Shown here one piece after another: positions 8,459 to 17,973 of a DNA stretch of 64,000 nucleotides. A model generated the notes under the pieces. That model searched no databases. It was not told the DNA's origin and saw only the letters and a list, made by a program, of their open reading frames with translations. Both the position numbers and the translations under genes were made by a program. The DNA is from a virus: positions 1-64,000 of the IMG/VR virus record IMGVR_UViG_3300029243_000160; one strand, written 5' to 3'. The stretch's first letter is position 1. Each line of letters begins with the position of its first letter.

Positions 8459-9457
8459 TCAAGAGCCGACTTCAATGATACCCTGTTCAAACATTGCCTT
8501 GAACATTGCTTCAAATATCACAACTGGAATGGAATTGCCTGCCTGATGATATAGGGTTCTGTTCATCTTCTCACGCTCAACCTGACAGGTTGATTCTGCT
8601 GCATAGAAATCGTCATCTGAATAGCCCTGTAACCGCCAACACTCCAGTTCTGTCAGGTATCTGTATTTTCCACCGCCAAGGTCAATGACCTGTGCTGGGG
8701 TTCTGTCCTGTCTTGTGGTGATAGTGTTTGCATATTCATCAATGACAGTTGCTCGCCTGATTCCTTTTTTACCAATGGCATTGTATACACTTGGTTGTGT
8801 AACCATATAGCAATCAGGAACATCACCACTTTCAAGGAATGTTTTGATGTTCACCATTGGTTTAGTCTGCATCAGGTCAAAATTGAATTGTTCATCGCCA
8901 AGCACTGACACAGTAAAAACCCTTCCCCTTGCCTGTGGCAGTCCGTAATTCCTTGCATCTAGTATTTTGTGATTGTTGGTATATCCCAACTTCTCCATAT
9001 AGGAAAGGTATCGGTTGAAGTTATGAACCATGTGTTTTGACAGAACATTCTTCACGTTTTCCCAAATCACAACCTTTGGTTTCCATTCGCCCATCTGTTC
9101 AATAATATGAACCGTTTCCCACATCAAGCTCGACCTTGTTCCTGAACCTTCATTTGCACCTTTCCCTTTGTTGATTCTTCCACCTTCTGCGGTTGCCTTG
9201 CCCTGATGTCCGGCAATGGAAAAGTCCTGACAAGGTGAACCATGAACTAAAATGTCAGGTTTCAAATTCCAACCCACAACCGTCTGCGGTGAATATTCAT
9301 GTTCAGCAGCAAACATTGCATTGTATGACCTGACTGCTTTTTCATCTATTTCCACATAATCAATGGACTTTACAGGAACACCAATGTTCCGCAACGCACA
9401 CCTCGGTGAACCTATGCCACCAAACAATTCAAGAAGTTGTATTTTTTCCATTTCCAT
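8459..9457 (-). CDS. orphan DNA (cytosine-5)-methyltransferase
   Basis: Motif I LFGGIG, IV GSPCQDFS, VI WENV, VIII QARGRVF, X GNSI. Start is ATG 9457 or 9451. Confidence 0.9.
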   Translation of the reverse strand: MEMEKIQLLELFGGIGSPRCALRNIGVPVKSIDYVEIDEKAVRSYNAMFAAEHEYSPQTVVGWNLKPDILVHGSPCQDFSIAGHQGKATAEGGRINKGKGANEGSGTRSSLMWETVHIIEQMGEWKPKVVIWENVKNVLSKHMVHNFNRYLSYMEKLGYTNNHKILDARNYGLPQARGRVFTVSVLGDEQFNFDLMQTKPMVNIKTFLESGDVPDCYMVTQPSVYNAIGKKGIRRATVIDEYANTITTRQDRTPAQVIDLGGGKYRYLTELECWRLQGYSDDDFYAAESTCQVEREKMNRTLYHQAGNSIPVVIFEAMFKAMFEQGIIEVGS

Positions 9458-9473
9458 CACCACCTTGCATATT

Positions 9474-9923
9474 TTACGACCAGAGCAGGTCACAATTTGT
9501 GTCGATACACTCTTTTATCAGTTCCACAAAGTCTTGAAAACCAAGTTCCTGCCTTATCAGGTTTCCGAAGCTGTCTTTCACAATCCGAAACCCATAGGCG
9601 ATGTTATTGTCATAGTTGTGTATTCGCTCATACAATGCCATACAAGCACTTCTGGAGATATTCCCAGCACAATCTGACTGGAACAGGAAGTCTTTTACAC
9701 CTGATGGCATTTCGCTGGCTTGCAGGATTCTGTCCATGTCTGTGTCCCACTTCTCCAGAGCCTGTTTACGGTCATCTCCATACGGAATCTCCATGATTTT
9801 CATGTACTGCTGCCAAACATTCTTGTCGAACAGTTCAGCTACTTTTGCTCTGAGAAAAAAGAAATTGCCATAGCCGATTTTCATTTCAGATTTCGTCTTT
9901 CTGCATTCCAATGTAATTGACAT
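9474..9923 (-). CDS. hypothetical protein
   Basis: ORF trimmed to MSITLE because the upstream part carries the Q2 promoter and a hairpin. Confidence 0.4.
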   Translation of the reverse strand: MSITLECRKTKSEMKIGYGNFFFLRAKVAELFDKNVWQQYMKIMEIPYGDDRKQALEKWDTDMDRILQASEMPSGVKDFLFQSDCAGNISRSACMALYERIHNYDNNIAYGFRIVKDSFGNLIRQELGFQDFVELIKECIDTNCDLLWS

Positions 9924-10053
9924 CGTTATCTCTCCGTTCCCTGTAAAAAACAAAGGACGTGGTGCTTTTCGCATACGTCCTCGGAAACTCCTTCTACTCA
10001 TGGCAGACGAGCGATATATTTCAGCGGACTTCCGCTGACCTTATCATTATAGC

Positions 10054-10071
10054 AAATCTTACAGCAGATAT
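10054..10071 (-). promoter_or_regulatory. class-Q operator copy 2 with extended -10 (TGCTATAAT)
   Basis: The plus strand reads aaatcttacagcagatat. Followed on the gene strand by an 8-bp hairpin, TCAGCGGA/TCCGCTGA. Confidence 0.45.
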
Positions 10072-10121
10072 ATTGCTGTTTGTTTTGCGGACTTGTAAAT
10101 GTTTTATAAAGTCTGCATTCG

Positions 10122-10856
10122 TCACTGAATTTTCCGGATTTCCTTCACATAAGTGTTGGTGAGGCTCTGCACCTTTTCAGAAAACTCTGCTGCTACACGG
10201 CAACTTTCACTGATGCTGTCATCGTCAGCATCTACCAGTACATTCATTGCGATGTCAACACACTTACGCAGCTCTGTAAGCCGTGTTCTCTTTACCCAGT
10301 CAAATATCACAGCCTTATCCATTCCAGCTTCTGAGAGCAGGCTCAGAAGAGGCGTATTAGGCTTGCTGACTGTGATACCTGTAATCTGCAATCCTTTTCC
10401 TGTACTGTTTGCCTGCTTCTTCGGAACATCGCACACTGTCGTTTCTGCGGTAATATAGCACAGCACAACTTCTGGAGCATCACTTCGGAACACTTTGACT
10501 GTTTTGGAACGGTCGTACCCCAACTTCTTTTCCTTTACATCAAGGATAGACACCTGAATGTGATTCCGGATTCCCATGCAATAGAACATATCACCCAGAA
10601 TGGATTCCAGTTCGTGTGCAATCGAATGATATTTCACACTCTTACACTGCTCTGTGAGGAAATAGGCTGTTCCAATCAATCCGATTTCATCTGCAATGTT
10701 TTCTATCGTTGTTTCTGACAGCATCTTCTTTGCTGTTTCGTAATCTCTGATGCTTGTCCACTTATCAAACAGAGAAGAACCTTTGCCTCTGCACGAATAG
10801 CCCAGTTGATTTATCAGCTTTTGATTGCATTCCATGCTTTTTACAAATTCTCTCAT
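10122..10856 (-). CDS. hypothetical protein
   Basis: ORF trimmed to MREFVK (SD AAAAGGTATGG). The upstream part overlaps the Q3 operator. Confidence 0.45.
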   Translation of the reverse strand: MREFVKSMECNQKLINQLGYSCRGKGSSLFDKWTSIRDYETAKKMLSETTIENIADEIGLIGTAYFLTEQCKSVKYHSIAHELESILGDMFYCMGIRNHIQVSILDVKEKKLGYDRSKTVKVFRSDAPEVVLCYITAETTVCDVPKKQANSTGKGLQITGITVSKPNTPLLSLLSEAGMDKAVIFDWVKRTRLTELRKCVDIAMNVLVDADDDSISESCRVAAEFSEKVQSLTNTYVKEIRKIQ

Positions 10857-10898
10857 TTCACACCATACCTTTTCGATAGATTCTATCAATATCATATC

Positions 10899-10916
10899 AT
10901 ATCTTACAGCAGATAT
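10899..10916 (-). promoter_or_regulatory. class-Q operator copy 3
   Basis: The plus strand reads atatcttacagcagatat. The gene strand is followed by GATATGATAT -10-like sequence. Confidence 0.45.
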
Positions 10917-11053
10917 AATCTGTTTTATATGGGCATACTGTAAATTTTTCTGGACAACAACTTCAAAAATGCTTGCATATAAAAACTACTTAGCCCACTT
11001 ATGCAGGCTGAGTAGTGATTCTTTTATTCAATTATTATATGGCAACTTCTCTT

Positions 11054-11254
11054 TTAGGAGATACTATACTTTCCCGATTCCTGAATTTTTCTGAAAGCTT
11101 TCTTAGCTTCTTCTACAGTTTCATATCTCTTAGAGAATAATGTTTTTCCACGTTTTGAAACCACAATCATTATCATTTTACTGGCTTCATAAATTTCCAC
11201 TGTTACGTTTTCATTATCAGCGACTTTGGGCGTTTTCTTAGTCCTTGCCTTCAT
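11054..11254 (-). CDS. small basic hypothetical protein
   Basis: Trimmed to MKARTKK, which has SD GAAAGGAAA. Confidence 0.35.
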   Translation of the reverse strand: MKARTKKTPKVADNENVTVEIYEASKMIMIVVSKRGKTLFSKRYETVEEAKKAFRKIQESGKYSIS

Positions 11255-11271
11255 TTTAATTTCCTTTCTGG

Positions 11272-11904
11272 TTATGCAGGAATGGTGTCCGCATGAGGAT
11301 TGCTGTGACATTCCCATTGATGCCTGCATTTCTTGTTTTCCTTCCAGTTGTTTTCTGACTTATAAAACTTCGGGTCAAGCTGATATGTACAGAAAAATCC
11401 AGCGGAATACTTTGCTCTGAGCATTCCTTTGGAATCCAGTATCAGTTTATTCCGGATTCCTTTGTGCCAGTGATAATTCCAGCCTTTTTTGTGTCGCTTG
11501 CCTTGCTTTTTCTTACGGCAGTATCTCAGACGTTCTTCCGCAAAGCATACTGCATGAGCGAGAATTGCTTCGTGGTAGTTTCGCAGGTCAAGCACTCGGA
11601 GATTTTCTCTCTCAAAACTGCACAATTGCTTCTTTCTCACGAAGTAAACAGCATCATCGTTGTCTGAATCCGGATATGCCGGAGAATACAAACCAAGGTC
11701 AGCCCCTGACATATTCTGTTCTGCTTCCATGCGTTTTAATCGCATATCATAGTCATTTGCGGTAAGATGTGTTCCGTAGTGTCCTCGGAGATAACGTGAC
11801 ATATTCCGGATAAACTCCTGCTCTGTTTCGCCATAAACAATGCTGTTTCTCTCCAGCAATGTTCCAACTTTATCAAAGGTCAAGCTACACCAGTAATATG
11901 CCAT
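11272..11904 (-). CDS. hypothetical protein
   Basis: Trimmed to MAYYWCS, which has a strong SD (AAAGGAGTG). Confidence 0.5.
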   Translation of the reverse strand: MAYYWCSLTFDKVGTLLERNSIVYGETEQEFIRNMSRYLRGHYGTHLTANDYDMRLKRMEAEQNMSGADLGLYSPAYPDSDNDDAVYFVRKKQLCSFERENLRVLDLRNYHEAILAHAVCFAEERLRYCRKKKQGKRHKKGWNYHWHKGIRNKLILDSKGMLRAKYSAGFFCTYQLDPKFYKSENNWKENKKCRHQWECHSNPHADTIPA

Positions 11905-11918
11905 ATTTCCACACTCCT

Positions 11919-12161
11919 TTATGTCAGGCTTGCTGCATAAGCAAAACACAGCTGTTGATTCTTAAAGATATGCTCGTATGGCACATCGACAATATTGTCC
12001 TTTTCGTCATGCACCACAAATGTTGCGGATTCCTTGCCTGTCTGGATTTTGAGAATTGCCCCAATCAGGCAGCTTGGCAAGCTGGGACAACACCCTTTCT
12101 TGTAGTAATATACTCTGTCACCAACAGAGAATCCCTTATACGTTGTCTTCTCTTCGCTCAT
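11919..12161 (-). CDS. hypothetical protein
   Basis: 80-aa ORF, tightly packed. Confidence 0.4.
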   Translation of the reverse strand: MSEEKTTYKGFSVGDRVYYYKKGCCPSLPSCLIGAILKIQTGKESATFVVHDEKDNIVDVPYEHIFKNQQLCFAYAASLT

Positions 12162-12173
12162 GTCCTTTCTCCT

Positions 12174-12425
12174 TTACGATTCGATGAACTGCTTGATGTC
12201 CTGTTCCAGCTTTTCAATGTCATCTTCATCGCCGCATACTCGCATCTCCACAGGTTCAGAGATGTTCAGGGAGAAAATGCCCATGATAGACTTTGCATCG
12301 ACCACGAATCTGCCGGAACGCAGTTCGGTATCTGCGTTGTGAGCCGATACCAGACGAACAAATTCCTTTACCTTACTGATTGTGTCAATGCGAACTGTGA
12401 ACTTCTTTTCATTCATGATAATCAC
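12174..12425 (-). CDS. HPr-like small protein lacking the phospho-histidine
   Basis: VVDAKSIMGIFSLNI resembles the HPr Ser46 region (KSIMGVMSLG). There is no His at the HPr His15 position. Confidence 0.45.
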   Translation of the reverse strand: MIIMNEKKFTVRIDTISKVKEFVRLVSAHNADTELRSGRFVVDAKSIMGIFSLNISEPVEMRVCGDEDDIEKLEQDIKQFIES

Positions 12426-12466
12426 TCCTAGTTCAATTTATATCCAGCCGGATAATCCAGCATGAA

Positions 12467-12745
12467 TTACTTATCTTCTTTTTGCTTTAACTGCTTGATG
12501 TCCTTTTTCAACACATAACTTGTGATTTCAAAAGAAACACACTGTATGATTCCTAATGCAATCAAGATGTAAAGCAACATACCAGTTTCACCCACTGCTA
12601 TGATACCGAGAACGATAAACGCTAACAGCATCAGATGTGTGGTTTCGACAAGAGAAAGCTTTTTTGTCAGCTCGTTTTCTCTTTCTTGCCTTTCTTCTTC
12701 GCTCACATAAGCTCCTTTACATGACGGTTGCATCTGCAATGGCAC
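12467..12745 (-). CDS. small membrane protein
   Basis: 92-aa ORF with two hydrophobic helices. Confidence 0.4.
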   Translation of the reverse strand: MPLQMQPSCKGAYVSEEERQERENELTKKLSLVETTHLMLLAFIVLGIIAVGETGMLLYILIALGIIQCVSFEITSYVLKKDIKQLKQKEDK

Positions 12746-13400
12746 TTTTGATGCCTCTGCTGATAGCGGAACGAAAACGATTTTCTTTCAGTCCTTCCAC
12801 TGCATATGTGTTTTTTTCTACATCACGAATGGTGCAGAGGGCTTCCATGTCATAGCTGACTTGTACTGTCCCCATGAGATTCCTCTCAATCTGAAAGTAG
12901 TCCAAATTGCTGGCGACAGGAACGCCATCTCTGTAGAAGCAACGGACTGCATTATACAAATCTTCCTGCTCCACTTCTTCATATGCACTCTTAGAAAGTG
13001 TTTCCAGCGTACTTCCGACCTCTCGCATACACACGATGTCAAGGCACTCCAAAAGAGCAACTCGTTCAGGGAAAGATAACTTGATTTCAAAGGTTTCCGG
13101 TTTCTTTCCATACGCCCGAACTGTCATGCGAACATCTCCCATGTGATTTACTGCAACACCCACTCTCAGGTTTTGCAGGCAGCCAAGATTCAGGAGAATG
13201 TATGCCTTGTCGTACTTGTCGTAAACTCCAGCCTTGATAGCAAGTGCTGTCAGTTTCTTCGCATCAGAAAAAACAGAAAAATCTACCAATACAGGTGAGT
13301 TTCCGATTCTCAGGTCATCTGTTACCCTATCGTGCATCTGCACTACCATCGGCTTCGAGAACTCGTATTGATTCCAGTTGATTTCATGCTCCGGTTTCAT
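12717..13400 (-). CDS. hypothetical protein
   Basis: Start at MKPEHE with SD AAAGGAG. ATGA overlap with the upstream stop. Confidence 0.5.
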   Translation of the reverse strand: MKPEHEINWNQYEFSKPMVVQMHDRVTDDLRIGNSPVLVDFSVFSDAKKLTALAIKAGVYDKYDKAYILLNLGCLQNLRVGVAVNHMGDVRMTVRAYGKKPETFEIKLSFPERVALLECLDIVCMREVGSTLETLSKSAYEEVEQEDLYNAVRCFYRDGVPVASNLDYFQIERNLMGTVQVSYDMEALCTIRDVEKNTYAVEGLKENRFRSAISRGIKSAIADATVM

Positions 13401-13642
13401 GCCAAAGCTCCTTTCTTTCCCCATACTTTCTTAGCAACAGCCATATCCAAGATATGCTGTGTCAGATATGCGTGAAGCGTTCCTGCTTCTCCCATGGCGA
13501 TGCAGTATTCTGTCAATTCTTCCACAGAATATGCTTTCATTGTCTTGCATAGATTTCTGTACACGTTATTGTGTTCTCCATCTACAACGGTTTCCTCTAC
13601 AACGGTTTCCACAACTTCCCGAATTTCTTCCACTCTGCTCAT
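13397..13642 (-). CDS. hypothetical protein
   Basis: 81-aa ORF, translationally coupled to its neighbours. Confidence 0.4.
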   Translation of the reverse strand: MSRVEEIREVVETVVEETVVDGEHNNVYRNLCKTMKAYSVEELTEYCIAMGEAGTLHAYLTQHILDMAVAKKVWGKKGALA

Positions 13643-13935
13643 GCAATATGCTCCTTTGCCTGTTTCGGCAGGTCTGCTTCCGCTTTTTCAAAAGCTTTCA
13701 GCATGATGCCTTTGACTTCTTCCATGATGTCCACATATCCGACCGGAATCAGTGTGGTACACAGCTTCTTTATTTCTTCTCGGATAATCGTAGGTCTGCC
13801 ACTGTCCAGAACCAACAACTTCATGGTGTCGTTCTTGTGGTTTTTGTACCTTCCCATGAAAATACTCATGCGAAAGGGGTCGCTTGCCAAAGCTTCTGTA
13901 TTCAACAGAACCGTGCCTTTTTTCATTGTTCTCAC
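13639..13935 (-). CDS. hypothetical protein
   Basis: 98-aa ORF with a 4-nt overlap to the next gene. Confidence 0.4.
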   Translation of the reverse strand: MRTMKKGTVLLNTEALASDPFRMSIFMGRYKNHKNDTMKLLVLDSGRPTIIREEIKKLCTTLIPVGYVDIMEEVKGIMLKAFEKAEADLPKQAKEHIA

Positions 13936-13936
13936 C

Positions 13937-14173
13937 TCACCACATCATTTCCAGCACTCTGATTGACTTGCCCCGAAGCTGTTCTTCGGTGTATTGGTTA
14001 TGGTTAAGTCCCTTCGCCAGAATGTCTTGAATCAAAGATTCTTTATACGCTCTTGTTCGCTCTTTCTCCAGCCGAATCTTCTCGGCTTCTTCCCTGTGTC
14101 TCTTTTCCATGTGTGCGAAATAGATTTCTTTTTCCTGCGGTGTCATTCCGGCAGTCACTTCATTCAGTCCCAT
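13937..14173 (-). CDS. hypothetical coiled-coil protein
   Basis: 78-aa ORF rich in E/K/R. Confidence 0.4.
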   Translation of the reverse strand: MGLNEVTAGMTPQEKEIYFAHMEKRHREEAEKIRLEKERTRAYKESLIQDILAKGLNHNQYTEEQLRGKSIRVLEMMW

Positions 14174-14194
14174 GCACCTTTTCTCCTTTGCTTT

Positions 14195-14422
14195 TCAGTC
14201 AATATGCACGTTAAACTTTCCAATCGTTGTCCATCTTCCGTTGCGATATTCTTGAAGAATATCCAGCCCGAAGACCTCTTTACCAACGACCTTCTTAATC
14301 AGCTCTTCTTTTGAATCGCTGTAAACGCTGTTTGCAATCTGACCGCAAGCTCTAAATCTCTTTGTCATCGTAATGCTCTCGTTTCTTCCAATAACTGAAT
14401 CGTGATTAACTTTCATTTTCAA
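14195..14422 (-). CDS. hypothetical protein
   Basis: 75-aa ORF. Confidence 0.4.
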   Translation of the reverse strand: MKMKVNHDSVIGRNESITMTKRFRACGQIANSVYSDSKEELIKKVVGKEVFGLDILQEYRNGRWTTIGKFNVHID

Positions 14423-14460
14423 TTACCTCTCGTCATTCGTTAAAAAACCTGTTGCATCAC

Positions 14461-14676
14461 TTAGCCAATGACTACACCGAGAATTTCAGCAGCATGATAG
14501 ATGACTTCCTCAAAAGTATTTGCATCAGCATTTTCCCAGTCGCTTTCAAGTCCTGCACGTTTGCACAGTTCTTTGCAGGCTTCCAGTTCCCAATAGTTAA
14601 GGCGATTGATTTCTTCAACCAACGCTTCCAGCGACCATGCACTGTATTCTGTATGCCATACTGTGTTCTTTGCCAT
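14461..14676 (-). CDS. hypothetical protein
   Basis: Trimmed to MAKNTVW (SD GAAAGGAATGG). The longer ORF would include promoter P2. Confidence 0.4.
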   Translation of the reverse strand: MAKNTVWHTEYSAWSLEALVEEINRLNYWELEACKELCKRAGLESDWENADANTFEEVIYHAAEILGVVIG

Positions 14677-14725
14677 GATACTTACCATTCCTTTCGGTCG
14701 TTCGTATGTGTTCCTTACATTAACT

Positions 14726-14754
14726 ATTATAGCACAGTAGTGTACAAATGTCAA
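14726..14754 (-). promoter_or_regulatory. class-P consensus promoter copy 2
   Basis: TTGACAtttgtacactactgtgcTATAAT, identical to copy 1. Confidence 0.7.
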
Positions 14755-14827
14755 GCATATTTCAATGTTTACTCTGTAGAATATCCGTTATGCAAGTATC
14801 ACAATGTTTGTGCAAAACGACAGCAAT

Positions 14828-15736
14828 TCATTCTGTTGTCGTTGACTTGACTGGTTCTGAATGCTTCGTGATTTGATTTGTCTTCTTGTCGAGAAGAATC
14901 GTATTCTTGTTCAATTGCAAAATCGAAGCAGCATCATCTGCGACATCAAACGTCTGCAATGTTTCCCATGTGAGGTTATAGTAAGTGCATTGGAATGCGT
15001 TGTCCGTTTCTGTATATTCCCGATACAGAACTGGTTCATCATCAAGGCTGAACTCTAAGTCAAAGCAGGACTGAACGCTCTCCAGCGTAGGCGTTCCTGC
15101 AAAATATTGTGTCAGAGAGCAGTCGCTTTCCAGCATGACTGTATGTTTCGGATAGATAACACGATATGCCCTGTAGGTGTCGTTGCCTACCAGACTGTCG
15201 TTGTCATAATATTCATTATGGCTGGTAAACCGAACGCTGTATTCCAGATAATCGTCTGTTTCACCGCAGAAGATATACTCTGCATCAGCACTGCTTACAG
15301 CAATTTCTTCATTACGTTGCTTTGCAAAGTCTTTCAGTTCTTCCGCAGAAATAGCCTTCTTGACGTTTGTTTCCTCGTTAAACCAAACAGGAGCGTAGAG
15401 AAACTTCTCTTCGGTATCAGTTCCTGCACCGTACCATTCCGTCTGAAACAAGTCCGGCTGACAGGCAAGGTCGTGAACAAAGTCTGCGGTTTTGAAATCG
15501 TGATTTGCAATGGAACGGAGCTTTTCATCTGATATTGATTCCACATCATTTCCAGAGTTGAAATTGATGTCAATATCCGGAGAAACAGATGTCATGGAAT
15601 CTTCGGATTCCGCAGATTCTGAAACACTGCTGGCAGCAGGTTGATTCTTGTTTTCTAAAATCTTATCTCTGGCAAAACAAACGATGCAGGTGACTGTCAG
15701 CATCGCTGTCACGAGAAGAACCGTTTCTTTATTCAT
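14828..15736 (-). CDS. secreted or membrane-anchored protein
   Basis: 302-aa ORF with an N-terminal hydrophobic signal/anchor (LLVTAMLTVTCIVCFA). Confidence 0.5.
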   Translation of the reverse strand: MNKETVLLVTAMLTVTCIVCFARDKILENKNQPAASSVSESAESEDSMTSVSPDIDINFNSGNDVESISDEKLRSIANHDFKTADFVHDLACQPDLFQTEWYGAGTDTEEKFLYAPVWFNEETNVKKAISAEELKDFAKQRNEEIAVSSADAEYIFCGETDDYLEYSVRFTSHNEYYDNDSLVGNDTYRAYRVIYPKHTVMLESDCSLTQYFAGTPTLESVQSCFDLEFSLDDEPVLYREYTETDNAFQCTYYNLTWETLQTFDVADDAASILQLNKNTILLDKKTNQITKHSEPVKSTTTE

Positions 15737-16821
15737 TTCACTTCCCCTTTCTGTTCTGTTTCAATTTTATGTATTACCGCTGGCATTTCTTCTGTTCTTA
15801 CGCCAACAAAGCACTCGCTCAGCCACTTTGCTCTTCTTACTTTGTTCTCTCCGCTGCCATACCAGAAGTGCGACCAGTGAGCCTTTCTGCAATGCGGTCT
15901 GACTTTGCCGTGTCTGGAGTGCTGTGTTCCAGACGTTTCCTTTGGCTCGGTACTTTCTTGCTCTTTTTTCCAAGCACGAAAAGCTGCACCAAACCGAACG
16001 CCAACGTCCCATTTCTGAATTTCAGAATATTTGTTTTTCGGCTCAGTATGCGGAGCAGGCTTGCGATACGTTTTCTTCGTCTGAGGATTTTCTTCGATGT
16101 CCGGCTGAACAGAAGACAGGTAATTGAGAATCTGCACAACCATTGTCATCAGACCTCGGATATTTGATGTGATTTTCTTTTCTTCTCCGTTGGACAGATA
16201 GATTTCCTCTTTGGTATCTGATAAATTGCAAAAGCCCAGCTGGTCTGATACGTTACCAAGTTCAAACATATCTTTGATGAACATATCCTGATTCACTCGG
16301 TAAATGCGAATCACAACCTTTTCTTTTCCGTCCTCAAAGAGATTGTGAACATAGACAAAGATGCCCTGACAGGAAAACATCTCACAGTATTCCGGACAGT
16401 CTTCAATGTCCAGATAAAACAGCTGATACGGCAGGAACTTCCAAGAATCTTTTTCATAGAACACTTCTTCTGTATTCAGAAGCTCATGGACAAAATCGTT
16501 GTCCAGTCGGAAGACTTGCTTGTTCCTGCTCCATTTCTTTATGACTGCCATAGATTCCAGTGCATCAAACAGCTCACTGTTTGACAGACCTTTCAGGAAC
16601 GCATTGGCTTTTGCATTTGGTTTCAAGAAAGAGAAGATGCCGCTTTTTCGTTTTTGCAACTCCTGTTGTGAATCCGTACTCGGTGCAGTCAGAATATCCA
16701 TGATTGCTTCGGCAGACACGCTGTTTCTGATGCTCATTTGATACGCAGAGTTCATTCTGTCACACCATGACAATGGCGTGTAAATGTCCTGCTCCTTCCG
16801 CTTTACTTTCATCGCAGGCAC
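15733..16821 (-). CDS. hypothetical protein (basic C-terminal region)
   Basis: 362-aa ORF with a 4-nt overlap to the downstream gene. Confidence 0.5.
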   Translation of the reverse strand: MPAMKVKRKEQDIYTPLSWCDRMNSAYQMSIRNSVSAEAIMDILTAPSTDSQQELQKRKSGIFSFLKPNAKANAFLKGLSNSELFDALESMAVIKKWSRNKQVFRLDNDFVHELLNTEEVFYEKDSWKFLPYQLFYLDIEDCPEYCEMFSCQGIFVYVHNLFEDGKEKVVIRIYRVNQDMFIKDMFELGNVSDQLGFCNLSDTKEEIYLSNGEEKKITSNIRGLMTMVVQILNYLSSVQPDIEENPQTKKTYRKPAPHTEPKNKYSEIQKWDVGVRFGAAFRAWKKEQESTEPKETSGTQHSRHGKVRPHCRKAHWSHFWYGSGENKVRRAKWLSECFVGVRTEEMPAVIHKIETEQKGEVK

Positions 16822-17357
16822 TCCTTTTCTCTTCTTGCAGCACGATAGCTCAGACTGTTGTCTATCCGGTTAAATCCGTACATTGAAAGCAAATACAACA
16901 CTGCGATATAGACACCTGTAATTCCGCATACTGTCCACGCTACCGCCCATGCAATTCGATTGCTTTTGTCAAAAAAGACCGCAATTATGGCTACTGTCAG
17001 TATCATCAAGATGAGTAGCACACTTCCTGCTGCCAGCAATCGGATTGCCAGATTGTTTTCTTTTGCTTTTTCTCCCTCGTGATACAGCCGAAATTCTCCA
17101 GCCTGACAACGAATGAGGTCATCTGTTTCTTCCGAAGCCAGAACGAAAGAAACATACTTTGTGACAAGTCGGCTGACATCATATTCTTTCAGCTTTCTTG
17201 TGCTTGTGCTTGCCTGAATATCGCAAATACGAAATTTTGAACCAGCAGAATAGATGCCTTTGTCACCGCTTACAGTTCTGGTGTTGTACACAACATCACC
17301 CACTTCATAAACCACTTCTTTTTTCCATTGTTCATCGCTTACATACTCTGTCAACAT
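16809..17357 (-). CDS. membrane protein
   Basis: 182-aa ORF with two C-terminal TM helices. Confidence 0.45.
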   Translation of the reverse strand: MLTEYVSDEQWKKEVVYEVGDVVYNTRTVSGDKGIYSAGSKFRICDIQASTSTRKLKEYDVSRLVTKYVSFVLASEETDDLIRCQAGEFRLYHEGEKAKENNLAIRLLAAGSVLLILMILTVAIIAVFFDKSNRIAWAVAWTVCGITGVYIAVLYLLSMYGFNRIDNSLSYRAARREKECLR

Positions 17358-17370
17358 ACGCTATCACCTC

Positions 17371-17880
17371 TTATTTTGCTCTGCTCAACACTTTCAGCAT
17401 TGCATCACTGAGCAGATGATGCTGCTTTGCGTACAAAATCACCTTATTTTCTGGAAAGAGTTCTCCCATTTTCTTCAATGTCAGTCTTCTGGTAATGGTA
17501 TACTTTATCACAAGCTTCCAGCACAGCTCTGGCTCTTTTCTCTCCTTGTACAGATATTCGTATCTCTCCGAAGAACCTGCATAGTGGTCAAACAGATAGA
17601 TACGCCGTCCGGCTTCTGCACTTTCCCTTAGTTCAGAAAAGCAGAGCAGATTATTTTCCATATCTGTATGCTTCGTGCCTTTGAGAAACTTCCACAGACT
17701 GTCAAAGCCTTCTCCCCGATAGACACCCATATCCAGATGCTTCTGCACTTCCGGATTGACAATATCCAACAGAACGAGTTCCGGTTCAGCTGTTGTGAAT
17801 CGTTTTTTTCGTCCGTATTCCATGTCGAACTTATTCTTTGCAACATAGAAATTGCAAGTCTTCAAATAAATCTCCAGCAT
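17371..17880 (-). CDS. hypothetical protein
   Basis: 169-aa ORF. Confidence 0.45.
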   Translation of the reverse strand: MLEIYLKTCNFYVAKNKFDMEYGRKKRFTTAEPELVLLDIVNPEVQKHLDMGVYRGEGFDSLWKFLKGTKHTDMENNLLCFSELRESAEAGRRIYLFDHYAGSSERYEYLYKERKEPELCWKLVIKYTITRRLTLKKMGELFPENKVILYAKQHHLLSDAMLKVLSRAK

Positions 17881-17973
17881 ATCTTACCTCTCAAAAAATC
17901 AACTGGAAAATGCGAAGCAGTCCTGCTCCGAGAACCATGCCCCACATTGTAAAAACTGCATATGTAACTGCAT

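Noticed and set aside
14677-14754. N-terminal extension of ORF 14461..14754.
   Set aside because: The extension would begin within the -35 box and span class-P promoter copy 2. An internal ATG with an SD at 14676 fits better.
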